This document shows, in pieces, positions 52,313-64,000 of a DNA stretch of 64,000 nt. Below the pieces are notes generated by a model. It saw only the letters and a program-made list of their open reading frames with translations. It was not told the origin of the DNA and searched no databases. Origin of the DNA: Lingula anatina (taxonomy: Eukaryota > Animalia > Brachiopoda); contig CM120645.1 of NCBI GenBank assembly GCA_051362555.1, positions 7,750,001 through 7,814,000 on the forward strand, given 5' to 3'. Positions within the stretch are counted from its first letter, which is position 1, and each line of letters begins with the position of its first letter. A program made the position numbers and the translations under genes.

Positions 52313-53195
52313 TAATGACTCAATCTTTTCAATGGGGAAACTGTCTTTCATGACATGAAGTTTTAAAAAATTGAATACTCCTAATGTGGAGTAGCAACAA
52401 AAGTTGAAAAGTAGGCTATACCCTAGAGTTCTATTTCAAACAGTAAAATCACCATAAATGCTTTTAGTAAATGTATAATTTTTTTTTCATAATTTCTAGA
52501 TATTAATGTATCTGAAAGATTGATAATTTTTGCTCATTAAAATGATTGTATAGACCCAAGTTTTAAAATCTGTTTCTACTTAACAAGGAAATATATCTAA
52601 TTCAACAGGATAGCTAACTAGGGAGAAGATTGGTGTGTGAAACGTGGCATAAAATTTTGGCCTTTAGGTGACATGCTTCAGGTACAAATTTTAATGATTG
52701 TTTTAATGTCACTGTCATGATACGTTCACAGCTGCTCCAACTTAACCCTTAACTCAGATGAATGGAGTCAACTTTTCGTTTTCTAAATAACTTAAAATTC
52801 TAAGTAAGACCTGCTTGAATGCCTGATTATGTCCATATCTATCTTTAAGATAGAAGTTCTATGATATTCTATGATATATTCTATTGATATTGAGCTATTA
52901 GTTTAAGTTCAATCATACACACTGAACATATGAGACATTCACTTACGAATTCACCTGGGCAAAAGTCAGCAATTTCATCGAAGAGGGAGGAGGGGTGTCT
53001 TATTTTGAGAAATTGTACTTTTTAACTACATGTTTGCAGAGAACCTTGGTTAAAGTTTAAATTAGAACAGCCTTTTTCTTGGCTAGTGAGGTGCTTTGTT
53101 CGAACTCCCTGACCAAACACCACCCCCTTATGGGGATACTTATACTAAAACATTTATAAAGTTCTACAATAATGGTTTGTAAATTTGTATGCAGC

Positions 53196-53197
<2 letters not shown>

Positions 53198-53272
<75 letters not shown>
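53198..53272. repeat. (AT)n microsatellite
   Basis: Direct observation. Confidence 0.95.
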
Positions 53273-53275
<3 letters not shown>

Positions 53276-56200
53276 ATAGATATCAATCGCTGAAGTTATT
53301 TTGGATATAATTTACCCTAGGTGTGAACTTGTCAGTGAAGAAGAATTAATTTTATGTCACTGTCAGGCATAGTTCAGAGGACACTGTGACGCTCCACTTA
53401 GTATGACAAACACGGGTGTTTTCACCTTAGAGCTGTCGCAAACACCATGAACTAGATCTCAGAAAATAAATGTTACAGTAGGACTACGTTTATACAATTC
53501 TCAACTGATGCCAAGTTGGAATTTAGGTGATGCTGGTCTCCCTCTTATGCCTTTTGCTAACGTTCGTGTCAAAATTACGACAGGAGTTCCTGCGTCTGTA
53601 TCACAACACAGAAAGGTGACAAGGAATCCAGGTATTAAAAGGTAGGGTAAATGTAGTCCTATTGAGTTTCCCAGATGGATTTTTGTTTTGTTTTGTTTTG
53701 TTCTTTGTTGAGAGGAGGGGGTTGTTTCTTGGTTTTTAGGCCTTATATCATGGTCTCAAGAGTTGGTGAATGAATGTGCAGATCAGGTCACAGGTTTTGA
53801 CTTCGTGATTATGAAGAATGAATGCATGTACTTTTTTCTTGACACAGACTTCAGATATGATTCTAGCTTTGCCAATTAAAACTTTAAATAGTAATTTACA
53901 CTCCAGAATGGGGATTCTGGGATTGTTACATCAACCATTGTTATCACTGAGAAGTTTGTTTGTGTGTGTGTGTGGGTGGGGGGGGAGGGGGGGGGGGGCT
54001 CCCAGTGTACACAGGCACTCATGCACACGAAAACACACACACATACACACACACACACACACATTCAGCTCCAATTTACCTGGAATCTCTGTAAATAGTA
54101 TCTTATCAAAATAAAAAATAAAAAGTGACAAACCACCTTTCTTGGTTGACAGATATGAAGTGTATTAATTGTGCTCCCTATTATTCTCAATGAGTTGAAT
54201 ATTGATAGTCCTAGTGGGTAGTTAAAAGTCATGTTGATGGTGATAGAAGGTACTTATATTTAAAAGTTAGGCTCACTAGTTTTGAAAAAAAGTGTAAAAC
54301 GTGATGGAAATGTTGAATTTGCCTACTGCATGACCCCTGGGCACTGTGGCATGGATTTTTTAACAAGCTGCAGGAAATTTGTTCGTCAACGGAAATTAGC
54401 CGGATGATTATTGGTCTTCCAATTAGGCGGCAGGTCTACGGGTCTGAATGAACCATTTTATTGAGACCGAAAGTGACTGGGTTAAGGAGGCCTATTGTAT
54501 CTGATAATACGCAAAGATAGATCAATTTTCTGGACAAGCCTTCATCTCTTGTTGTAAAAGAAAGTGGAGGTTGGGAAACGGGCAGATGGCTTTTAAATTG
54601 TGTTCAGTCAGTGTACAGGCATGCGGCAGTCCGGGTTGCAGGTTGGATTCTGTGGCATTGAGAGAACACCAACAAACTGAGCTCCTGGAACTTCTGACAA
54701 TGGGCAAAAATAAGAATAAAAAGACTGAAAGGTGAGGGGTAGTGAGGAAATCAACTGGTAAATTTTATAGGAAAAGGGTGAAATTTTTGACATTGATTCA
54801 CTGCTTAATGTTTTAGTTAATTACTGATTTAATTTGTTTTTAAGTGTTGAGAATGTATGAGATAGGGATTAGGAAGAATGGTACATGGGGAATAGACTTT
54901 TTTTGGGGGGGAGAGAGGGTGAAGGTGTGTGAAGCATATCAGTTCAATGGAGGTGTATTTGTCAATATCTGTCATATCTACTGTATTAGGCTATTTAAGT
55001 CATTTCTTTTATCACAATGAAAGCCGTCAAGTTAAAAAATGTACGGGATAGGATGTTTTGTGTGTATGTGTGAGTATGTGTGTGCACTTGCGCACATGCA
55101 CATTTACTCAAACATGCATACTAGTACATGCATTTGCATTCACACACATGAATCTGCACCTATATGTAAACTACACTATATAAGCTACAGTACTCCCTAC
55201 GCCTCAGTCCTTCATCAGATAAGAGTCAAGGCTAGACAGTAAGGTGTTGAATGACCAGTGTCCATCAAGTTAACAATTACACTTAACCATGGTCTTTAGG
55301 ACTTCATCAGATAAGTGGGTTGTCCAGATGTCTATCTTAACAGTGACCTATGGTCTGAGAGGTGTCTGGGATGACCACAAGGGCTATTTATAGTCAAAGA
55401 CATGAGGGTATCTGTGGCCAGTTAAAGGTAAAATTTTGGCATATCCTAGCTGTGTGAAGCTCCCAGTAACAAATGAAAGCTATGTTTGTTGATTTATTTT
55501 GTGATTCAGCTAAAGTTAACTTATGTTGAATCCTAGCTTATGTGCATAGAATAGAATAAATGTAAAGTTATTCAATGTGCTTTTGTCCATGAGTTCTGGT
55601 CTTGAATGCTATACTTACATGAGGATGCTATTTTAATGCTAGAATATTACACCAAAAGCAAGACATAACATACATAGATGAGGAGAAAAATACTGCTCTA
55701 TTGTAGCGCCAGGTCTTGTTAGGTTTGAGTGAAAGTCTTGATATTTACTGCCTATTGTGTGACTGGTTTTGCTTCTGTCATTTGGACAGAAATATGCATG
55801 TAACTTACCTCTTTTTTTCTGTGTGTGTGTATATATATATACCAGGTTTTAGTATTATGTTCTTTTTTTTATAACTAAACAAACTTGAGGCCAGCCACAA
55901 TATTTAAAAATATACTGGCCTTTTTCATGCAGAAAAGGACTAAATGGGTGTAGAGTACCTTTGAAAATGAAAGGAGAAACAAATTTTAGATGGACAAGTT
56001 GAAAGTGAGATAAGTTAAGATCTTATAGATTACAGTATTGAGCAATATTATGAAAAGAAAACAAACAGATGATAAAATAGTACAGTAGAAGAGTGTCATG
56101 TATTGTTTAACTGGATGAAAAATGGTTTAAAAAAGCGGCTAAAGTTTCTCCACCCTGTCTTATCTGTCACTTCCCTATTACAACAATTTACCAAGCTGAA

Positions 56201-56468
56201 GAAAAACTTATGACACATCATTTTTGTCCATCATTTCTATAAGTAGCCACTTATTGTACAACATAGCTTTTGTTCATGACACTAGGCTTGTAAACTGTTG
56301 ACGTCATCGGGAACTTTGATACCTCGCATTCCTTTACAGATAACACATAGATAACATGGGATAAGTTCATAACGGGTGCATAATGTCACATGTCATGTCC
56401 GTATGCTCGTTAGGACACCTGTCAAATGAGTTTTTCATTGTTTTATTATGGTCCCTGCGTAAGCTGAA

Positions 56469-56524
56469 ATGTTAGGCTCATATAATGTCGTCTGGCAGAA
56501 GATCTGCAGGGCCTCTCTAAGGCG
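56469..56524 (+). CDS. Candidate alternative first coding exon of the IQSEC-like gene (MLGSYNVVWQKICRASLR, phase 2)
   Basis: In-frame upstream stop, purine at -3, strong donor cg|GTGAGT at 56525, same phase as the 27843 and 31139 donors. Confidence 0.4.
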
Positions 56525-58897
56525 GTGAGTAGAAAATATCTGTTGTCATTTTCATTTAATTACAGGGATTTCTGACAAAATCTTATAAATGTGCTGATAT
56601 GCACCAGTTTGTCTTCAAAGAGGCTTTAGGAAGTTTTATTTTTAGTTTTGTGGAAGCAATTACGAAATGTTTCAGATATGTAAGTTATTTCTAGATAAAA
56701 AGAGCTTCTTGCTAAAAATCAGTGTGTGGAGTCCATGTTTTGGTATGTGTAGCTTAATGTTGGTAAACAATTTAGAAAATTCATGAATTCTGACAACAAC
56801 ACATTTTATTTACAAAACATGTTTTGAAACTGTTCAAGGTTGTGGCATAACATTGGGAATGTCAGGCGTGAAAGAATTTTTATGGTTTTACTGGACTGAT
56901 TTCTGTAAAAGAAGGACGCAGGTATTCCATGGTACCTCCATAGTTCCTCACAGGTACAATATTAACTTTCCATTACTCAGGCAATTAGGTTGAAAAACAT
57001 AGCTCCAGTTTCAAAAATGGTTCTGTTTTCCATCTTATTATACTCTTCCTGAGATCCAATGGTGAAAGTTTAGGCCTTGAAGAAGCATGACTGGTATATG
57101 CTATGATTAATCCATGCTCTTCTGCATAATTTCTTTATTTTTGAGACCTGGACAGGCGTAAGAGAGAATCTTGCCCACTATGCACATGCAAGGCACCGCA
57201 AGCACTAAAGCATGTGTAGGTAACTTCAATCGCTTGAATTCAATGATGAACGCTTGAATTCAGCCTCCTGTCTTGTCTGTCACTTTGTAGTTTGTGGGCA
57301 AAAGAGCATGGCATGCACCTGCATTGTTCCCCATTGTCGATGTGATGTAGCAAATACATGTGCACGATGCATGCTTATTCACCAATTTACAACCAAGAGT
57401 CAAAAACCATCCTTTCATGATAAGATTTTATGTTGTGACTGGTTTGAAGTTGCCGCAACAGAAGTGCGCTGTTTTTATTGGTACATTGTATTCCAAACCT
57501 GTGAAATTGACTACCTGTTTCATTTCTCAGGTATTGGGTCATTTTTCACGAAATGATTGCCAGTCCATTTCCAAAAAGAATGGGTGTTTTAGCAGGCCCC
57601 CAGTATGGATATTGAGTAGAGTTTTCTTATTATGCAGTGTTCTGGCCTTGAATTTTAACAGTTTGGATCAGGAAACTGTGTATTAACAAACTTGATGTAA
57701 CATGATGCATTCCCTTTCTGTTAAAATGAATTCGTAAAGAGACATCTCACCATCAGTTTGTGTTTTGACTGCCACACCGAAGATCAAACAAATTTCCGAC
57801 ATGTCGCTCATGTTCCTTAATGAAATGAACAAATTCTGTTATGAAAAGGATAATGTGCCATAACAACAAAAGTTGACAGGATGTCAAAAGGCTGTGATCA
57901 TATTTTATAAAGAAAGTAGCGATAAAAAGGGTGACAATATCAACAAGAAATTGAAGGATTGTTGTGCAACCAGGACAATGTAACATTGTTGTAATCGTAC
58001 GCTCTTCCTGTGACACAAAAGGGACATGTCGCAGGAGATATTTGTATCGTACAGATTGACTGCACATTTACTTTTGACTTGACAAGTTGCTGCAGTGGTA
58101 GTCTTCTGTTCCAAATGCTGAAACAGTAAAAGTTAGAGGTAAGTGGAAAGGATGCTCATTTCAAATTATATCATTCTATGATCAGATGAAAGCACTGAAA
58201 GTCAAAGGCAGGCATTGGTCTAGGCAGATAGAACATTGTGAAGCAGGTTTGGTGGGGAGATTTAAAGTCAAACTTGGTTAAAGTTAGAAATCTTCCCAGA
58301 CAGACAGACAGACAGACAGACAGACAGCAGGGTATTTCTTGCAAACCTTACAATGACAATATGGTTACAGTATTGAATGTCTAGAGTTGCATACACATGA
58401 GTGTTAATAGATTGCCTCAGGGTAGATTTTACAGACACAAGCCCAAAAAAGCAATACATAGCTATAATATAGAGTATATTTCCTCCTGTCATCAAATAAG
58501 GCCTAGTTCACAGTCAGAATAACTTGGAAAGGAAACAAAATTCTTCATATGACATTACATTACCAAGCACAAATAAAAATGCATCAATCCATTACTTTTG
58601 TTGTTAAGTCATATCAGTGATTAATGTAAAGCACCAAATTAAAATGGCATCACCAAATAACTTCCCCAGTTTGTTCCTAGTTGAGCCTGATCCTGTTAAT
58701 ACCTACAGATTGGTATATTTTGACAAGTTAGTATTTGATTTGATTTTACACAGTGTTGTTTGATTGATCAGCAGGGAAAGGGGGTTTATTGAATTTGTAC
58801 CCTGCTTAACTTAATTTTGTCAGATTTTGATTTGTAATTTTCCTCTCTGCAGGAGGATTTGAAGTGTTCATTCAAATGATAATAGGTGTGCATGTGT

Positions 58898-58898
<1 letters not shown>

Positions 58899-58942
<44 letters not shown>
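58899..58942. repeat. (GA)n microsatellite
   Basis: Direct observation; (CAGA)n also at ~58297-58326. Confidence 0.95.
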
Positions 58943-58949
<7 letters not shown>

Positions 58950-61900
58950 AGGAGAGAGCAATTATGTGATACCTGGGTGCCATAACACGTAAAAGATTAA
59001 AATGTTTGCATTGTTTGTCTTGAAATATCACAAAATATCTGGAAATTGTACACAACAAGTGGACTGTCAGACTGTCACTTGAGGCCCATCATTGGATGAG
59101 AATTTTGCACATGCACTTCATCTGAGCTCCATCAGTCTCCAGAAATTACATTTGCTGACTGACATGTTTATGCATTGACTCAAGACAGTAGCAGAGAAAA
59201 TGTCATGTCAGTTCCTTCTTCTTCCACCAATAAACCACAATAATAAACAATACACAGAAAAAGAAGAAAAAATATGTAGAGAAAATATCAGAAAAGTGAG
59301 GCAACACCAGAAGCTGGAATGCATGATGGAGTTTGAAATTCAGCAGTATTTGAATGCACTCATGGCAGTCATGCATATATACCATTGCAGTCCTCTTGAC
59401 TTGGCATGCATGGCAGTTTTCTTTTCATTGTCAGTGCATGATGGTATGCCATGAGCTCATCCACATGCTTGAACACTTTGCAAGACTGGCTTCTACCATG
59501 TGGAAATTTTTACTGTGACGTCATCTTTCTATAGAAAATTGTTCGAAAATCAGATGAAAAAAATGGAAAAAAAATGTATAGCTTGTCCCTATCCTAGGAC
59601 TTGGACATAATCCCAAAGATTTTAAGAATTAATTTGACTGAAAATAGACATCCATCAATGCCATTTATCTCATTTTTTTCCTATGGTCAAAAATGTTATT
59701 TCGTCATGCCATATCCCTCTAATTCTCTTTGAACTCTTTACAAACCTCTCTTTCTTCAGCACGGATAATTTTTAATGTATTGAGGTAGAAGTGGGACCAG
59801 AATGGAAATTTTCCCATGTCACCCATCATAGCTTTTTCAAACATGATTGAACTTTACAGTTCAGTAACCAATAAAAGTCTTATTTTTAATGCAACGATGA
59901 CCAGTCCATTTGTATTAAATTAGGAGAAAACCTTGAGTGAGGACCCATAATGAGATTTGCAAAGAGCATTAGGGTTAAGTCCATTACATTGTGCACTGAA
60001 ATCATTTTCTCATGTAGCACAGCACAAGATGGCTTTTGTAAAAGGAGAGAGAAACTTCTATTTATGAAAAAAAATATATAGATCCAGTTTGTGGCATTCT
60101 ATTGATTGACGGCTCATTTCATGTGGTTCTTCCATTGAATGAAATCTTAAAGTTGTGGCAACTAATATTATTACGAATTCTGTTACATCTTTGTAGTCTT
60201 GAAGAATTTTCAGATGATTACTTTACACAGGAGACTAATCAAGAACAATTTTGATAATAATAAAGAAACTAAGATGTGAACAACAATTCATTCCAGTCCA
60301 TGATAATCACTTAATCAAAAATGATAAGCTGCTTAGATTAATGTTGATAAACTGAAGCATTTGCATACTCATTGTATTATTGTGTACTAAACTCTGCCGG
60401 ATATTAAGCCATAATGAAAATATTACAACCAACTTCAGTTCCTTAATTAATATGCGTGATATTTTGCCAGGTGGAAAATTTTCAGCTAAAATGTATCCTC
60501 TTAAACTGTTGACAAGAAAGCAGCATGGGAGATTTGGGATTTGCGTAAACCCAGATCAATGGTTTATACCCAATGATCCATAAAGTCCATTGAGATATTT
60601 GTGCATTGCAAAATATTGGGTGCATTTTGATCAAAAATTTGGATAAAGGGCTTAGGTGAAGTAGTAGGTGTATTATTGTCAGCATGTATGCATTCCACTG
60701 CTTGGCATTATTGAATTTAAACCTTTTTTGACAGACATGCGTCTGTTCGTTTCATTAATTGAAAATTATTCCCAACATGCATGCCAGTTTATAACATAAT
60801 AAGATTCAAACAGTATTTGAATGCATGATTGTTTGTACCATTATTAAATGAAAACACATTTACTGCCTACACGCATGTCTCTTAATACAGGGGGCATTAA
60901 TGAGTCTCAATCATGTTTTTTTAGGTATCAGATTATTTCGCCTGAGTTTCATAATTTAACAGAACCTGAAGTTCCATGTAAATGGAAATGACAGAGGTAC
61001 GTTGATGATGTGGAATTACATTTGGCTTCCTATACTCAGGGATATATTATCTTTTTCTATATAATTCCTTTTAGCTGGTGTTCACAGCGAACAAGTACAA
61101 ATGGAATCAAAACTGAATTTAAAACTTTTATGCTGTTGAATACATGTATGCACATGTTTTGGAAGTTCCTGATTGCATTTGACACCATTGGGTTTCTTGT
61201 CTTGGGTTCAGAAATTGATTGATTGTAATCAATATAGTTGATTGCTTGGCTATATGTTGTGAATCCAACATAATTTAATGTGATTACTGTTCTTTTTATC
61301 ATTGATCATTTTATATTGATTTAAAACCAGTGCAATGCCAGTCTTAATGGTGACTTTTGTATGTTTTCAAAGACTTCTTTAGTTGATGCTGAGTTATAAT
61401 AATGATATGTGTATACCTTCTATCTACATGCAAAAAAGATCAAAGGTTATAAAAATACAGGGATAAAATGCTTTTGGCCAGAAATGACATTTCCAGGTAA
61501 AGACTGTCTTGAGGCCACATTGTGTACTCACTTATATAACTTTACATACTATTCAATGCACCAGGCTGCAGTAATGAGCCAAAATGCTGTAAGGGTTTTG
61601 TACTTATTAAATGGCCTTTTCAGAAATGGTCCAAGTTAAAACCAAACATCGTCCTATGGATTTCTACAGATATACCACCTGTTGCATGTTAAAACCCAGC
61701 CCCACCCAACTCCAACCCCCAACCCACTCCAGTCTTACCCCCACCCACCCTGATGCATTATAGAATTCTACATCATAATAAGGCCTTACGTTGATATCAC
61801 TTGAACTGTCTATAGTTTAAGTTACACCTGCTTCTAGAGCAGTTAAAAGTGTTTTCTCTGATTATTAACATGAGTAATATTGCTGTTATATCAGAAATAT

Positions 61901-62215
61901 ATTAATATCAAAGAGATACTTAAGTGACTGATAAGTCAAAGATGGAATAAAAGCCACAGCAGTGTTTAGATATAGGGAAGACTAATGTTGTATTTGTTCT
62001 ACTCACGCTTGTAATTTGGATGATATCCAATGTCATCAGGGCCCTCGGGGTACGGCTTAGTGATGTATCAAGAGAGAGGAAGATGGGTCTTATTTTTATT
62101 GTCATTATCCCAGTGTTGAGTATCTGAAATCAATATGGCCGCTTGCATTAAAATTTAATGAGGGGCAATAAGTTATTCATAGCCGCACGCTTGCTTGTTA
62201 AGAAATAGTTTGTAC

Positions 62216-62244
62216 CAAGGAGTCCAAACTGTTGGAACTCCTTG
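62216..62244. mobile_element. Second 29-bp CA...TG hairpin with degenerate 7-bp TSD
   Basis: TTTGTAC-CAAGGAGTCCAAACTGTTGGAACTCCTTG-TCTGTAG (flanks 5/7 identical). Confidence 0.4.
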
Positions 62245-63918
62245 TCTGTAGACTGAAAAGCGCTTTTGGAAAAGAGGAAAATTTTCCAACATTGATCTGG
62301 AAGACAATTTTCCACTAGATGCTAATTTTTTTGCTTATTAGTGGAGGGAAAAAGATGGTAGAGTAGGCACAGGATATCCACATTGACATTTGAAACATCA
62401 AACTCTCTGCCGTGGATAAACAATTGCATTCATGAATTATACCTGATTCATAAATGGATGTGAAAGTTTGGCCCAGGAATGTGGATAATGAAGGATATTG
62501 TGGGTGGAAAGGTGTATTGATCACTTTAATGGAGAAGCCTGAATTCTTATTGAATATTGGATCAATATTTCATATCCTGAGAATAGATACCTCACTTAAA
62601 AGCTTATCAAGATTCTAAAGCAGCTTTCTGTCTTCCTTTGCACTGAATAAGCACCCGAACATTGAGACATCAAAAAGACTTCATCTCAGCTTATTGGATA
62701 GACACCTTTATTTATAAAAAGCTCATCAAGATTTCAAAGAAAATCTCAGTCTCTCTTTATGGTGGATGAGCGTTGTTAATATTAGTGTTATAATTATTTT
62801 CACTATATCAATTAGATGACAGTTTTCTATATTCACTGTGTTCTTATTGTTTTGAAAACATGTTTTTGTGATGATATTGCATTATGTATGCTTTACAATG
62901 CTGCAACTACCTTGAGGGCTGTTTCTTTTGTGTGTTGTCATGTTTGCCTCTTTTAGTTTATACTAAGAAACAAGATACACAAATATGGGTACCTTGTACA
63001 GGCCTAAAGAAAAATGTACATAGAAATACATAAATATATCTGGTGGTTATAAATATTTATGTTATTTCTGCTGGATGACTAAACATACTGAAATTTATCA
63101 AAACTGAGTTTTTGAACTATGTTATATTTCTTTAAAAATATTTATATGACAGATAGTTGATTTGGCCTAATTTGCACCAATTGCTTGCATAATGATGTAC
63201 TATATTTTACAGAGTTGACCAGGCTGTATTGTTACACACATTTTCCTATTACTCCACTAAAATATTAAAACTAAAACAAACAAAAAGCAAATCTGATTAT
63301 ATTTAGTTATCAATGGTATGTTTATAAATTCTCTGTTCCTCTAAATACATCAGTAGTCTTTTGATTAATTGTGATGTTTTATCACGAAGTGTCTATTTAA
63401 CCAGGTCGTACAATTTAACTTCCAACTGGTACAAGACACTGCAGGTCCATTAGGGATCAAACAGTCATCTCGGATGTTAAAGGTTAAGGTAGCAGATGGC
63501 CCATGTGACATTTAATTTCAAGGACTGTGGCCTTTAAGCACATTTTCAACTGGGAAATGCTGAATTTGAATATTCTGAGGATGACCCTGTGATATGTTGT
63601 CTCAAATATCAGCCATGATCAAGCTGACACCAGAGAATGATTTTTTATTTTAATTTTCTGGACACTCATCTTGGTGACATTTTTATTATAAGCGATCTTG
63701 TGACTTACTGTGTCAAAGATATATCAATTGATTGGTGGCATTTTCCTCGGGATTAAGAAAATTGGAGTTCAGTGATATTAATTTTTCTCTAGATGACAGC
63801 TGAATATGAAATGTCAAAGGTACAGCAGTCATGCTTTGATTGTGAATCTGAAGATTATGAGTTTTTTTTTTAATATGTAAATGAAATTTATCTTCTTTAT
63901 TTCAATTTCAATTTACAG

Positions 63919-63957
63919 AAATGAGCTGATATAAATTAATGCCATGCCGTGCAGTTC
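63919..63957 (+). other. Candidate 39-nt exon with internal start (GCCATG at 63944, MPCS, phase 2)
   Basis: Long pyrimidine tract and tacag| acceptor, tc|GTAAGT donor. All three frames are closed before the 63944 ATG, so it would be a UTR-plus-start exon. Confidence 0.4.
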
Positions 63958-64000
63958 GTAAGTTAATTTGTAGGTGAATTTGATTTCTCTGAGACTGATA

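Noticed and set aside
58025-58050. TCRRRYL, resembling the human IQSEC1 isoform start MACRRRYF
   Set aside because: No in-frame ATG after the upstream stop and only a weak donor; probably chance. The strong donor at 58139 could close a non-coding exon but is unsupported.

Overview
AT-rich, intron-rich animal genomic DNA, probably a marine invertebrate (mollusc/annelid-like repeats; taxon is inference only). Left part: the last two exons and 3' UTR of one gene (505-1281, +), then a complete 8-exon tandem paralog (9919-19414, +). The paralog encodes a ~362-aa secreted protein: signal peptide, degenerate C-type-lectin-like region, a single VWD domain with an RGDPH autocleavage motif, and a short acidic Cys tail. 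This small CTL-like/VWD-GDPH family is the best candidate for an undescribed system. Middle: a clear WASH1/WASHC1 gene (22989-26321, -). It lies head-to-head with a coiled-coil first exon (27596, +) that resembles the IQSEC/BRAG Arf-GEF N-terminus. The remaining ~36 kb appears to be 5' intron of that gene, with several candidate alternative first exons that all end in phase 2. Repeats include a 3.66-kb Helentron-type element carrying a higher-order 146-bp satellite, Harbinger-, Mutator- and CMC-like MITEs, a LINE RT remnant, 29-bp hairpins resembling P/Galileo excision scars, and microsatellites. No tRNA, rRNA or CRISPR array was seen. All gene models were assembled by eye from splice signals and phase, without database searches.
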